Origin: Balanoglossus misakiensis
Lineage: Eukaryota; Animalia; Hemichordata
Direction of reading: 5' to 3'
Assembly (NCBI GenBank): GCA_040954595.2
Contig: CM082583.2
Span: 7,252,849 to 7,316,848, forward strand
DNA: 64,000 nucleotides
Part shown: positions 14,001-27,712 of the stretch, piece by piece
Numbering within the stretch: position 1 is the first letter of the stretch
Layout of the letters: every line of letters starts with the position of its first letter
The notes under the pieces: model-generated
The model's input: only the letters and a program-made list of their open reading frames with translations
Databases searched by the model: none
What the model was told of the DNA's origin: nothing
Program-made: the position numbers and the translations under genes

Positions 14001-17000
14001 CTTTAATTTCCTTGCTCGCTGATCGTGAAAAGAATTTCATCTTTCTGTATTATGCGTCTTGCCGATGATTTTATTTTTAGACGGTTCGAAGGACGCACCA
14101 ACATTTTATTTTTCTTCTCGGTTATGTACTGATTAAAATAAGAGATCACTTCGCGGAACGGGAACTCGGGTTTCGGTTCAACCACGTTTTTTTCAGGCTA
14201 TTGTCAGAAAACTGCTGCGGTTCCGAGATCGCATCAAGAGATGTTTGGCGGACAATATCCATTTGGGTAGCATTAATATAAAAAAAGCAATGTTTACATT
14301 GTCGTTCTAACTCGCGTTTCACACATTTCCGTTAACGCTCGTCAATATTTCACCGTCCACGCACGCAACGCACAATCGACGTTACCACGATTTTACTCCA
14401 CTCTCAGCTAGCGATACCAAATCAAAATAGAAGAGAGAAAATGTTTACACTGCAAAAAAATTGCTCACGTTTTCGCTATTCTGTTTGAGGAAATTGATTT
14501 ACTACCGATATGGATGTTTACCGAGCCATTATTTTTTTTTCAAAAGTAGACGAAAAGTACAAACCATCAAAGCAAACGCAATTTGCAATTCACACTGCAT
14601 TTCAAAACCATTTTGCACAACAATTATGATGACTTCACTCCACATCCAAAACAGTTATTTCAATCGCTCCTTCGCACAACTGAATTTGTTCTGTTGGGGG
14701 GACGAAACATTTTCAACGTTTTTTGTCGGCGTTTTTCCATGACTGAAAAAAAAATATTGGGAGGGGAAAACTAGATGCATGCGATTCGCCCGAAGAGTTG
14801 TTCTTTTCGATTAACGACCCGCTGCGACGGTGGCAACACAAAAGCGACAGGAAACCTCGTTTTTCGCTTCTTTTAGTCGCTGACTCATGCATACATACTG
14901 GGGGATTGCCAACGAACCTCCAGGCGCTACGTGAAAAGAAGCAAGCTGGAGTGATATCGGGCCGTAAGCGAAGATTTAGACAGATATCTGGGTAATTTTG
15001 ATGAAGAACTTCGATAACACTTACAACGCGCTTCTGCCGATTCATTTGAGAGAAGGTAAAAAGGGGGTCGTCTGATATTTACTAGCTTCTGATATTCTGT
15101 CGGAGGACAGCGCTGTGATATCAGACAAGGTGTTACCATGGCAACTGGAGCGAACGCCTTTTTCAGTGTTAGGCACGCGTTCTCTTATTGTAATGTTGGT
15201 ACAACGAAAAGTAAACAAATTAGGTGATTTTTGTCCTAATGCAGAAAACACTGCTCCTGAGAAGTTTTACGAAAGCAAATGATATGAAATTTAATAACAC
15301 CGAGCACACAGCCAACGCATAGATGCAGTCTTGAGTCAGGGGAATTAAATATACGGACAGTTAAAACTTTGCTCGCATACAACCCACACACAATAACAAA
15401 GGCAGAAAGCCCTCCGTTGCAGCAAGAAAATACAAAAATCGAACGCGTCGCGAATGCTCGTTAGAAAGTACTTCGTGTGTTTATCTTTTAATCAATAAGT
15501 AATGTAATTATGAGGAAAATTGATCAATTTTACAAATCACGTGACGCGTTAGACATGGCTGTGTAAAGAAATCGTGGAGGAAGCCGGAAGTGCGGGCCAC
15601 TTCCCGCGCAGCCGACAAATTTGAAATTTTATCGAGCGATAAAAAAGTGCAGGCTACCTGGATTTCATTTGGGTTTTATTCAGTGAGTGTTTTCTCACTT
15701 CATGTTCTGTTAATACGACAGTGATACACTCACCAGCAGGACTGGGAATTAACCGCTAACCGCTCTGTGGTGTTCCTGTACAGGGTGTGTATTCTATGCA
15801 CAAACTCCTTATGGCAAAAAGTATTTTTCTTATCGTAATGCCTTTAGCATTTCAGAAAATTTGGTTTTCATTCGTGATGTTAATTTGCTTTTCTGAACCA
15901 AATATAACTTCTTCTCAACGAAATGCTATACCCATATATTAATTATTGGTTGATTTCAAATCTGTTTTTTTTTCATTTTGATGAAATGGGTCTCCGTATC
16001 ACAATCTCGCCTTAAACAGTATCGTCACAGTACTATCTATCCATAGTGTAGGCACAGGATATTCTGGCAACACGTCAAAGTAATCCGAATCTCTGACAAA
16101 TTGAAAACAATATGCTCCGGAATTGTTACAGCACGCTTCAGTCGGTACCATGAGGCCCTGGTCTGTGTGAGGGCGCTCTATCCCGACACGGACCAGGAGC
16201 ATGGACCAGGAGACTCCACGACAAATAGGTTTGGTCCGAAAACAATGTCCTTCGAATCTTTTGCAACTTCATTGGATTACAACCTATTACTCAATTATGA
16301 GAATAATGCAACTTTAAGTGACATATTGTGTTGACAAATGGAATACGAGTACTACCTGCTATGTTATAGTAGAATAACTTAGAAATTGCATTTGATATAC
16401 AATGTACAGCACACAAAAAACAAACGGAAGAATATCCAAAAGTTACAGATTATGTCCCTTTAGGCAAAGTTCCGCCATGTGATGTTTACCGTGGTTCCGC
16501 CTTCGCGTGGACATGAATTCCTCTTTTGTTTTAAAACAAAACCCGCTAATTAGCAACAATCGGCATATCGATCGTATCACTTGCCTCTAAAGTAGCGAAA
16601 ATTGTCTTCCTAATGCGGTGTTACGCAACAATTAATATGGCTGGAGTTATCCATAATCATTGAGTTTTCGGATAAGCCGAAGTTACCAATGCGTAAGGAA
16701 CAATCGATATTGAGATTTTTTTCGCCTGATTCTGTAATTCGCTGGCCATCTATGACAGCGTTTGTTCCAACGCAAGTAAAACTGGAGATGCTGCGGGATG
16801 AAAGTGGAGATGATCGCGATCTAGGGTCGCTTTCTTTCTTGGTGGTGTTGATGATTACCAATTTGAAAACATGGCAATTTTGTTACGCCCCAATTTATCA
16901 GTGAAACAGCGTGTTTTTTTATGTTCCACACCTTGCGAGTGTACTATTTTCATTCATTTTCATTTATCTGCGCTCGTTTATGGCTGACTATACCAATAAA

Positions 17001-20000
17001 TCGTCCTGCGGCTACTACAACCGTCAGTGGCGCGAATTCCGAGTTGCCCGGGGGCGCTGAGTCGCTTTGCAAAGCAATAATGGGCCCTAGCCTTGCGTGA
17101 CAAAGTTTCACAGCTCGTCCACCTCGATAATCTGATGTATTTTTCACCAATTTTCAACACCATCAGGGGTTTACACGGTTGCGGATTCCCATCCGTCGCC
17201 CAGGGCGTGCATTTTCGCTTCAAAGGGTCCCGTTTAGGTCGAGACTGCGCCGGGCACACTCACATCCATGAGCTGCGACACACAGACTTACAGGTTCAGC
17301 CCATGCTAGAGCGACATGGCCAGTGACTGTTGCTATAGCTACCCAGAAAAATGTCGAACGGGAAATAATGCTGGCGGAATATTCCCTTGCCAACTGATTC
17401 TCTTGTTTTGGTGTACCATCGCCGGCACTGCCTGCAGCGTGACGCGAAGAGACTGGATAACGACAGTGTTTCATTTCCGACTGACGGTTTTCCAAGCCTT
17501 ACAAATTTATTCGCTACTGTTCCCAGTCAATCGCTCTGTTAGGTGATACCTTCTGGGCACAAAACTGAGATTGCTTAGTTTTATGCTTCTTTGTGTAAAA
17601 AAAAACCCGCGTTTTTTTGTGACATATTTTATGAGATAGATCTTTCCCCCTCTATTATTTATCCGAAGTCTTTAGTCAGTGATAATTGGCACGTACGTTT
17701 AAGTTTACGATCCCTCATATTTTTCGACGGTGCCGTATCCATCCTGTCGATGCGGTATGGAGCGTCCCTTTGGTTATTGCACTGTAGGGATGTGTTGTAT
17801 GTGTCGCCATTGTTTACATCAGGTAAACGGTAAATGGTAGGAGTGGATGGAGGGAGGGGGAGAGGCAGAGAGAGTGAGCGAAAGAGAGCGACCAGGTAGT
17901 AACTTTCTCTGGGATTTTATTTCCCTCCATTCTCTTTTATTTAATTTATAATGGCTGGCAGGATTAACCCCTTCTTTGCCACGGCTAAGTTGAATTGACG
18001 GCCTGAGCTTAAATGGTTTTCAACAGACAGGGGTTTTAATAACGCTCACACATCGATTATGATAAAAAAATAAAATAATCATCAAATCGCACGCTTTAAT
18101 TTGAACGGCAGTTAAAACCAACTGATGTCTGCGACGTGCGTGCACGCTTGCCGCGCACACAGTCAAGTCTCAAGCGTCGATTCGGAGCACCCAAGTCCGA
18201 TCCGTTTGATTTGCGAGCAATTGTAAGCAACTCGAGTCACGTGATTGACATTTGATAATGTGTACTAAATCAGTGCAAAACGCTGTCTGTACATTGGTTT
18301 GGGCTCGCGAAAAGCTGAAAATGTGGGGAGTGTATTCCTTGTCGGCGAACATCTTTGTAAAACCCACTCGTAGATGGTGATGCTGGTCTAGCGACAGTTG
18401 TTTTTGTCTACGTGACTTGAATTTCAATTGACGGAACTAACTTGAAGTTAAAAAAACAGCTTCGGTATACAAACATGTTTGTAACTTCGTGCTGTTAAAT
18501 AAACCCTCATTTTGCGTTTTTGTTATGAACGTTCAGATTTCTTTTTCTTCCTCGCTACTCATTTGTGAGTTTGCGCTAAGGCGTACACCACAGCATCGGA
18601 AATGAATTTTCCAGAACACAATACCGAATCTTCACGCAGGTTTACCTCGGCAAATTGACCAATTGCCTCAGTTTTGGGGGGAAGCTGTCAGTAGGTTGAA
18701 AATAAGCGAGATTTTCTCCCCCACATTCGTAGACAGTGAGTGTTCAAATATGCATGAAATTTCGTGGAAATGATAAAAATTCGCCCCGCTTTTTTCGGTC
18801 GATACACTACACGGTTGCGAAAGATTCTTCTTTGGGGAAAGGACATCTACTTGATTGATATGTAAATATATGATATTGTTATGTAAATCTTTCGATTGAT
18901 ATGTAAATTGTGCCTCCAGCAAACTCAAGTTGCGTGTTCCAGTACCCCCTCCCCACGTATCATCGCGTGTGGTGACATCGATACGAAAATATTCCCGTTT
19001 CCAAGAACCCGGCCAATGTTTTCCCCCACTCACGGAAATTTACCCAACATTTCGCGATCATCCTGCGCGAGCAAGTATGTCTAAGCTGTACCAGTTCTTG
19101 GGCTGTACACCGGCACGATTCAAGTTGGCCGCTTGACAGAGGCAAAAAATGCCCGGCAAATTATCGGCACGAGTCGGTCTCTAATAGAGCCATTCAGTGC
19201 GAGAACGGTGAGGTTGGAGAAAAAAAAACAAAAATCAATTGTAAAGGAAATTTTTTAAAGAACCTGAGAACCGTCGATTGCAACGAAAACAAAGAGCTGC
19301 GTAAACCCGAAGGACTCGTGCAGTGCCCATTGTCACATTGTTCTGAGAATACAGCTTGTTACACGCTCGAATTCCCCTTTCAAAGCGCCCTTCGCTGTCA
19401 TAAAGACTACTTGGCCTTTCATCGATATATTTTCATATTCGTTTTGTCTCTTGCAAAATTAACCCCATTCAAAAATTTCCACGCACTGAATTATTCAGAC
19501 GCGGAGGACGGTGCGTTCATAACGACCAAAACCTCTGAGCCGGTCGCCCATACCGCCGTTGAAAGCTACAAACCGTTCGTGTTGTGGTGAAAAAAAAGCG
19601 CTCGTCAATTCTCACGCAGAATAATATTCCTTTATGTGCGAATTCAATTTCGCGTATCGCAATGGTTGTGATGACTGTTAAATATTTCAAGGAAAATCGA
19701 GATAACTTGAAAGCTAGAAAATTACGTATTACGGTGGCCTTGAGGCTGTCAGACGGGTGCAAACAGTCGCACGCGTAGAACTGCAATCTTGCGTTCGTCG
19801 AGATCCACATCGTAACTCGCTCGCCAGGGATGTTTGACTTGCCCTGGCGTCGCCGGAAGGTCCGCGACTATCGATCTGGCAAGCCGGCAAAAATCGAAAA
19901 TATTTGTAAAGCAGGTCCAATTGTCTTCCAGTATTTACTCGATGCTTCGACCGTGGATGTTTCACTCGCTGGATTTTTCTCCCTTCGCTGGTGCTACTAA

Positions 20001-20472
20001 AAGATTCAGTTCAGTGATCGTACACGATTTAGAGACAGAAATCGATCGAGTGAAACGGGTTGCCATGACTACCAAAGCGCCGTGCTTTAAAACTGAAATT
20101 GGTAGGTTTTTTCCATACTCGTTCATCGCTTTTCTTTTGTAAATATTTGTTATTGTTTTCTTTCTCTTTACTTGTTTGTTTCTATGTTTAATCGCTGCAT
20201 ATCTGTTGCATATCGACAATTTTATAAAACATCCACTTGTCTTCCAGTGCGAGTCCTGAGCGCGTTTGTTTGTTCGTTGATGTAGCTGTGTCGCCGGCGT
20301 CTGCTGTTTAATGTTATGGATTTTTGTCGGTGACATTTGCGTTTTTGGAAATTGAAATCGTCACTTCGCAAATCATTCAACCCATCAACCTTACATTGCC
20401 ACTGTAGTCGAATAAACGGAACGATTGAATTATGCGGTTTTTTCCTGGAATATTATGCAAATATGTGTCTGT

Positions 20473-20548
20473 TTCAGTCTGTCTCTCTCTCTCTCTCTCT
20501 CTCTCACTCACCCACTCACTATCTGTGTCTCTGTCCGTCTCTCTCTCT
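20473..20548. repeat. (CT)n and related pyrimidine-rich microsatellite
   Basis: Directly visible. Confidence 0.9.
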
Positions 20549-23500
20549 ATGATATTGATACTACTCGATAAAGAGTTCATTAAACTTCCCCCTGTCCATC
20601 ACACAAGATTTAACCTGCCCCGCAGCCGGGGCTTGAGGTTTGAAGAGGTCGTGCACCTTATCACGATACGTTTTCCATGCACGTCTAGGGGGTCGTGCGA
20701 CGACTGCATGTCATTGCTCAGCGCGGAGATGACTTTTCGTGTTTACCAGATGACAGTCGTGTTTCTTACAGCAGGGGCCCTTGATAGATAGGTTGATAAT
20801 AATTCATCACATGCAAACTCCTCGGGAAAACTCACAGCGCAAGCACTGTGCCGACGATTGTTTTGTAACGTCGGCCTATATTGAGACTGTATGAATGAAT
20901 TCCTGTGTACATGGGCCCACACTATGTTACAAAGGCATTTTCACTCGTCAATTCACAATGTTGACCGAGTAATCGCAACTGGATCCGCGTTTAGCTTGCA
21001 CACAGTCGCCACCAAGTCTACAGCCCTCGACGATCAAATGACTTGCCCATAGTTTTCGGTGTTAGAATTAGGTATTCTTCGAGACACGCATAACTGTGCC
21101 GGAATTGTTAAATTTCAATGGAGCAATTGCGTACTGAACACAGTGGCGTGTTTACCATTCGGGCAGTGTGGGACACGGTCGCTGGGCGAGTGACGGTCTC
21201 TCGTTTACATGCCAAATGAATAATACATCGGAAAATATGACACATATCAGAAGTATGCATGGCCTTCCGACCCCGCGCATTCTCCCCACGGTGATGTGGT
21301 CCGACCACCGGCGAACGTGCGCGTTTGCGCATGCCCTCTTGAGCCGACAGTCACAACGACCGAAGGCGGGTGTCGTCTTATTTCACCTGTCACTGATGTC
21401 ATTCAAGGCGCGTCTGATAAAAAAACGCGAGTTAGAAGAGAATAGGAATATTTTACCCGAGTCTCCACACAGATGCTCTCGGAATCAGCTCAAATTACCC
21501 GACATAACGGTTTCGCAATTGCGAATGAATTTCATAATATCTCTGTACTCTTGCAACGGTTTCCCACGAACTGTCAATCTGCGTTTTAACGATCCGAGGG
21601 CCCGCGGCGCTCCCCGACATGATACAGTCGCTGTCCCTCGGCAGGAAAGAATGTACAATTTTAGATCACGTTTCACTGTGAAGGCTAAAGTTCTGTTTAG
21701 CTTACCAACGAACTAAGGTTTTCACAGTATGCAGACAGTCATCATCAGCGCTCCAGGATAAGACACGTTGTCTTATAACTGCCCGTTAAAGTAAATTGTC
21801 TCAATGCTTGTATAAACATTCATCCCTTCTCAAGAGCGACTTTGGAATTCGGGTTTAACCGCTCGGAATGGACTAACGCAGACACGGCTGACTAATTCCT
21901 TCGACTTCATGACGTGTTTTGTTTTTCTAGCTTGAAAAGTCAAGTTCTCCGACCGAAAAAATTAAATCTTGTCCGAATTTCGGCCGCGATAACACCCCTT
22001 TCCCTGTTATTTTGACACGAGTAATTTTGAACGGGAACTTGCGTCGGTGCCGCGAGTTGATTAGGTTATGCGTCTAATCGATACTAATAAAATTCCGCGT
22101 GGAGCGTTCTCGCTGGTGAATATTCAGTACAGTCGTCGACTGGAGGGCTCGTGACAGTGAACGCGAAATTCACCTTAGGGCCACATGAGGCCCAGCTGTA
22201 CAACGTCAGCATTTCGCTGTAGTCACGACGGACACGTTTGCCGGTTCGTCCACACGGTGGTCGTCTACAGTTTCCCCCTCCCATGCGTGCATACATCACA
22301 ACAGCAATTATTTCGTGTATCTGACAAATAGTGATTGATTGCGCTGCCCAAATATAAATAAATTAAAAACCGAACTTTTCAATTAGGGCTCAAAGCGCGT
22401 GGCAACTTGGCTCGCCACGGGTCAGGTGTTTTTTTCTTATTTATTATTTTTTGTTGACAGGCGTTGTGGTCACTTGAAGCGGTCTTGATTTGCGGCCCCC
22501 GTGTCAACCCAGACAGCGGAATATACAAAGGGGTCGCGTACGACCAAAACATGTCAAATGTGGGTCTTTTCTCACCACATCCCCGCAGACAAGGGATAAG
22601 GTCGTTCGAAGTGGAGAATATCGGAGCCATCTGGAGTTATCGGACCCGATAAGCTATAGATTGACATCTGTCAACTTGTTATTTTTTGTGTTGAAATCAT
22701 GTGGGCGGTCGTTCGATTGGCCCGCCTGGTGTATGCGTACGGGTTGTACAAACTGCGAGATATCGGACACGTAGCATAGTATGCAAGATAAAAACCGAAG
22801 TCCTGGTATCGTTGAGCGCCAACACCGCACTGGTAACCATCAATTTGTGACGCGCTTCCGGTCCCGTTGACACCTCAAAAGTGCGACGCGTTCACGTGTC
22901 TCGCTTGAGTTCCAACTTTCGATTTTTTTTCTGACGGTGCTTGAACAAATGAAGTAGCGACGACAAGCACTACAATCTGATCGAATATATATACGTCAAT
23001 CCAGAGCCGTGAAAGAAAACTTTGTTCAAAGGCTTACCTAAAGACAATAGGCCCTCCCTAGGCAAACATCCCTCGTCTGTCATATCAAACACCTATCATG
23101 TGGGGCCGATTTCGACCAATCTGAACGTATCGCCGAAATGACGTTCCCATACATGACACGACCACACTTTATAATACTGCAAAAAATTCAAAATAACCGG
23201 GCCTTCTCTATTGTAAATAACCATTCGTTCTGATTTGTACGCACGCGCTGTTGTTTCAGCTGCCGACCAGAGACTGTTTGACGGAAAACGCCAACCAGAC
23301 TATGATATTTGCCTTCTGCCGCGACCGTACATACGAGGCGCAAGCTCTGTTATAAAATTATTATGTGACTGCCGCGGGGTTATACAGCCGTGATTTAATA
23401 TTTAAAAAAGCAAGATTGAATTGAATATCGAGAAAATACCGTATTATTATATTTTTAGGCTTTCAGAGTGTACAAGCATAGCGGCCTCTCCATGCATGTG

Positions 23501-24289
23501 TGACATTCTAAATATGCACAGCCTTTAGAGCTTATTGTTGGAGTCAAACTTTGGTATGGGGAGGCGAGCTTTCGAATGCCGGAGAAACAACGCTGGTTTA
23601 GAGTCCCCCTTTCGCTGATTGTGTTCCTGTGTCTCGCTCACTTCAGCGTCAGACAAGCACAAGTGAAGTGTTGACTGGACAGGTGCGAACGTGGCATCAC
23701 AACTGCAAGTGGAGGAGCTCTTGTTCGGGAGCTGTGATCAAGCGAGTCGTGTCTGTGTTGTTGCTGCGTGACAATGGGGCGCCCCACAGTGGCAATTAGC
23801 ATTTCTGCTGTCTTGCCGGCATAATAGAATAGGGCCGTTCACACCCCATCAAAGTCCCTCTATTGTTTGCCATACGTCAACATGACAGTTTCCCCAAACA
23901 TGAAAACGACCGATGAGGGGCGGCATATTTTTGGGATTCAAAACAGCGTGGTGACACAATAGCAGTGGCAGGAACACGTACTTACCACGCCAAGTTGCTT
24001 TTCGTTGTCTTGGACAGGCGGAATTTCACCCTTACAATAGTCATTGACGTCCCCCACAAACAATCGCTTTGCGGCATATTAATTAATTCAATTAACTTTA
24101 TTTATTTTTTTGTTTACTTCCATCCATTGCTCTGGTTGCGCCTCCTGTAATTGTATCAAAGCAAGTCTCATCGCCGACAATTAAACTGCCTATTCCGCAG
24201 ACAATATTTTGTTCGATAATTATATTTTCTGGGGGCAATGAAAAGAAGCCAACAATGTCTGGGTCAACTAATTTGCCAAACAAACAATA

Positions 24290-24504
24290 GAGGCCCAATC
24301 TGTGAAAGGAATACATCCCCCCTCGCGTCACGTGATTGTGACTGGTGATGGCAACCAATCAGCGCCACCGCCCTTCGAGTTCGGAATTTTTTGAAGTATT
24401 TTTGTCAGCTGGCCACATGAGTCGTAGTAGTACTAGACCACCCATTTTGACAACACACCAGCGGACCGTTCTCGCGCGACTAGCCAAGGGATAATCTTGA
24501 CGAA
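24290..24504 (+). promoter_or_regulatory. Probable islet core promoter and 5' UTR (TATA-less): CCAAT at about 24295 and 24355-24359, E-box GTCACGTGA at 24327-24335
   Basis: These motifs lie 150-210 nt upstream of the start codon. The transcription start cannot be determined from sequence. Confidence 0.5.
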
Positions 24505-24529
24505 ATGATGGGCGATTCGAACCCCAAAA
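24505..24529 (+). CDS. isl: Islet LIM-homeobox gene, coding exon 1 (MMGDSNPK + 1 nt)
   Basis: ATGATGGGCGATTCGAACCCCAAAA|gtacgt. It resembles the vertebrate ISL1 N-terminus MGDMGDPPK, and its phase-1 intron joins in frame to exon 2 (A+AA = Lys). Confidence 0.9.
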
Positions 24530-24812
24530 GTACGTAACGCTGCAGCCCTGCTTTTGCCAACACTGGCACTATATACGATTGCCGTCGAATTTATTTGGAT
24601 CGCTTTGTTTTGTTTTTCCGCCGTCCATGTGTATGTATATATGTATGTATGTGCGTGTGCGTTCGAGTTTGACACTCGACGCTTACACCGGCCGGTGGTC
24701 TGTACGCGTACACACGGACGCGCGGGCGCAGTACGCGGCAACCCTCGACGGCGCGCAAGACCTGCTACTCTCGCAACTTACACGTCGTCTTTTTCTGATC
24801 CCTTTCCCACAG

Positions 24813-25002
24813 AAAAGCGGAGGATGTCCCTGTGTGTAGGATGCGGCAACCAAATTCAAGACCAATATATACTGCGGGTAGCACCAGACCTGGAGTGGCA
24901 CGCCGCCTGTCTTAAATGTTCCGATTGCAACCAGTATCTTGATGAGACCTGTACGTGTTTCGTTCGAGACGGGAAAACCTACTGTAAACGGTGTTACGTA
25001 AG
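24813..25002 (+). CDS. isl: Islet coding exon 2, LIM domain 1 ([63 protein letters not shown])
   Basis: Polypyrimidine tract with cccacag| acceptor and AG|gtgaat donor. 190 nt long and near-identical to Islet LIM1. Confidence 0.98.
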
Positions 25003-25657
25003 GTGAATATTTCTCGTGTTTTTCCTCCTTGGCTCCTATGTGTTACATTTAGCGAGTTACCGATTTTCTCAGCGATATTTGCGGTTTTTAAAAAAGTCTT
25101 GATGACACATTACGAACGGAAGTTATGGTGTTTTAATAACTGTCCTCCACAGATTTAGAGTCGATGGAGTTTTACTGCACATAAACCAAGCGAAAGTTCC
25201 CACCAGTTTTAAAGTTCGAAATCGCTATATTCCATCGACTGACAAAACAATTTACCCCACGTCCCCATTTCCCGTCATCCAGCCAGAAATGACAGATTTG
25301 GTATTTTTAATTCCTGAATTTTGCGTGCCATCTCTACTCGCCATGTTTTGATTAGTTCCCAGGTGATGGCGATGCTTTAGTTTTGCAATTAAAAATACCA
25401 GAGCCGTATAAAATTTAACGCAAATGCAAGTTTTGGGCCAATACGAAAATGTTCAAAGCGGCCCTCAATAAACCTCTGCCGTCCGCTGTCATCCTGTCAG
25501 CTTAACTCAATTTGATTTTTTTCTGTCATACCCCGAGTGGGCAGTCATACATCCTAAATTACATTTAACTTGTGTGTATTGACTTATCAATGATGTTGAC
25601 CCCATGTAATATCAACTAATTTACAAATGTGTATTTCCAATAATTTCCCATACGTAG

Positions 25658-25908
25658 GCTATTTGGAACCAAATGTGCAAAGTGTAACTTGGGATTCAGT
25701 AAGAATGATTTCGTCATGCGGGCCAGGAACAAAATCTACCATATAGACTGTTTTCGCTGTGTCGCCTGCAGTCGGCAGCTCATTCCGGGCGATGAATTCG
25801 CCCTCCGCGAGGACGGACTATTCTGTAAAGCCGATCACGACGTTGTGGAGCGGGCGTCGGGGGAAGTCAACGGGACAACCAACAGCAACCACCGAACGTA
25901 TATGGCCA
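25658..25908 (+). CDS. isl: Islet coding exon 3, LIM domain 2 ([65 protein letters not shown]...TYMA)
   Basis: Acceptor tacgtag|G (phase 2) and donor A|gtgagt (phase 1), with a typical Islet LIM2 sequence. Confidence 0.98.
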
Positions 25909-27413
25909 GTGAGTATATACCGATATCTCTTAGTCTCTCGTATTCAGCTCGGGGTTTTTAATTCACTCCGGTGTCGCCGCGGATTTTTCTCCGGTCACCA
26001 CTGGTTACACACCTCACCCCACTGACACAACCACTGCCGATGACGGCTTTAACCCAGATCGAGGTCGAATTTGTAGTGCTAATGAACTATTTCCATGAAA
26101 GAACTCGGCGAGAAACGAGATCGCTCTCTATAGATAAGAGTCACAGTTAAAACAGACCAGTTCGAATTTATCCCAAGAGTTGATTCTGTTCGTCTTGAAA
26201 AATTTCTCTTGACAATTTTTATTCGTTATGAATTATAAATATCAATTAAGACATTTTAGGGTAGAAAGTGTTTACAGTAACTGCGACCCTCAAAATGGAC
26301 GATGCCGGGGATTATTCGCTATGCTTGCGGCTGCCCTATTGTCCTCGCTATTGTATTGACTGCACAATCTGGCGCCGCCTAAACAGCATCGCATGTGCGA
26401 CAGAAAAGATATTCCTCACCATTTTCAATTTTCATACGTGATATTGCCAGTGCGCAGAAGCAGGCGAGCGCCCGTGAAGCCCCGGTTCGCCGCTTTGTGC
26501 TCTGCCGAAAAGAACTCTCGCTCTCGCTCGCTCTCTTTCACCGCACGATAGCTGTAGCTGGGCTATTGTCCCACCCCCTTCTATGAAGCTTCAAACCAAT
26601 TCCCCTTTCCTGTATATTTTTCAGTAAATATTTTCCAAGCAAATTGACATCACGCAGCTCTTCGCTTTTGTTCGATTGAAACTGTCTCTGCAGCCGTGAT
26701 ATAGAAATCGCACGCAGATGGCAACATTTCCAACAAGACTACCGACTTAATCGTGAAATCCGAAGAAACTAGTGCTGGCTATAAATAAATATTAAATCAT
26801 ATATAACAATATATATGCCCTCGAAGGATCGCCAAGAAAGTGGTATTTGTGTGTACATTACATTGTTATATGTATTGATAATTTTATGATTACGTTCGCG
26901 ATCTTAACTGGAGATTTTCCAATGGCTCTGTTCGAGTGTGTAAGTGTTGGTCCCGTTGTGTTCCCCCTGTATGTGTACAGGGTAATGACCAACTTATGAA
27001 GTGTTTAACTATAATAATAAAACCAATGTCACATCATCTGTGGTGTTTCTATGACATACACAAACATGCCAGATATATATTTTCTCTCCTGGAGAAAATC
27101 TCACAGTGGTTTTTGTGTGTGTCAAACCTGAAATGGAAAATGGGAGCGTGCGTAGCCAGGCTAAGTAGATTGCTAATTACACTGTCTGTAATGGAAGGGT
27201 ATTCTATTTTCTCCTCTTTATGGCGCCGCTCTGCTGTATAGTTTGTGCCATGTTTCCACGTGTGCCCCGGTGCATCGACCGATAATCGTCAATATTATAA
27301 TTTCTGCATTTCATCATCAGTGATTCCACTACTCTGAATGATAGCCTCTTATTTCTCTGCGTCCGTCTTCGTAACATTTGTTTTTTATATTGCTCTTCTG
27401 TGCCACTCTACAG

Positions 27414-27712
27414 GCCACGCCGAACCCATGCAAAACAACAACAGGAGCGGCTCCCTGCGCCCCCATGTACATAAACAGGAAGCGCACCACAAAACAACGC
27501 GAGTCCGCACGGTTCTCAACGAAAAACAACTCCACACTCTGCGGACCTGTTACGGGGCCAATCCCAGGCCGGACGCTCTCATGAAAGAACAGCTTGTCGA
27601 AATGACGGGACTTAGTCCCCGAGTTATAAGAGTGTGGTTTCAAAATAAACGGTGCAAGGATAAAAAAAGAAGTGTTCTTATGAAGCAAATGCAGGAGCAA
27701 CAACAGCAAAAG
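27414..27712 (+). CDS. isl: Islet coding exon 4, homeodomain (LRPHVHKQ...[60 protein letters not shown]) and Gln-rich tail
   Basis: Acceptor ctctacag|GC (phase 1) and donor AAG|gtaaga (phase 0). The homeodomain is diagnostic of Islet. Confidence 0.98.

Noticed and set aside
21168-21716. Longest ORF in the track (182 aa)
   Set aside because: It has a GTG start, no recognisable domain and no evident exon boundaries, which is compatible with chance in GC-richer DNA.
24554-24812. N-terminal extension of the 150-aa ORF containing LIM1
   Set aside because: This is intron 1 (283 nt, GT-AG). The exon at 24505-24529 supplies the conserved N-terminus, and intron retention hits TAA almost immediately.
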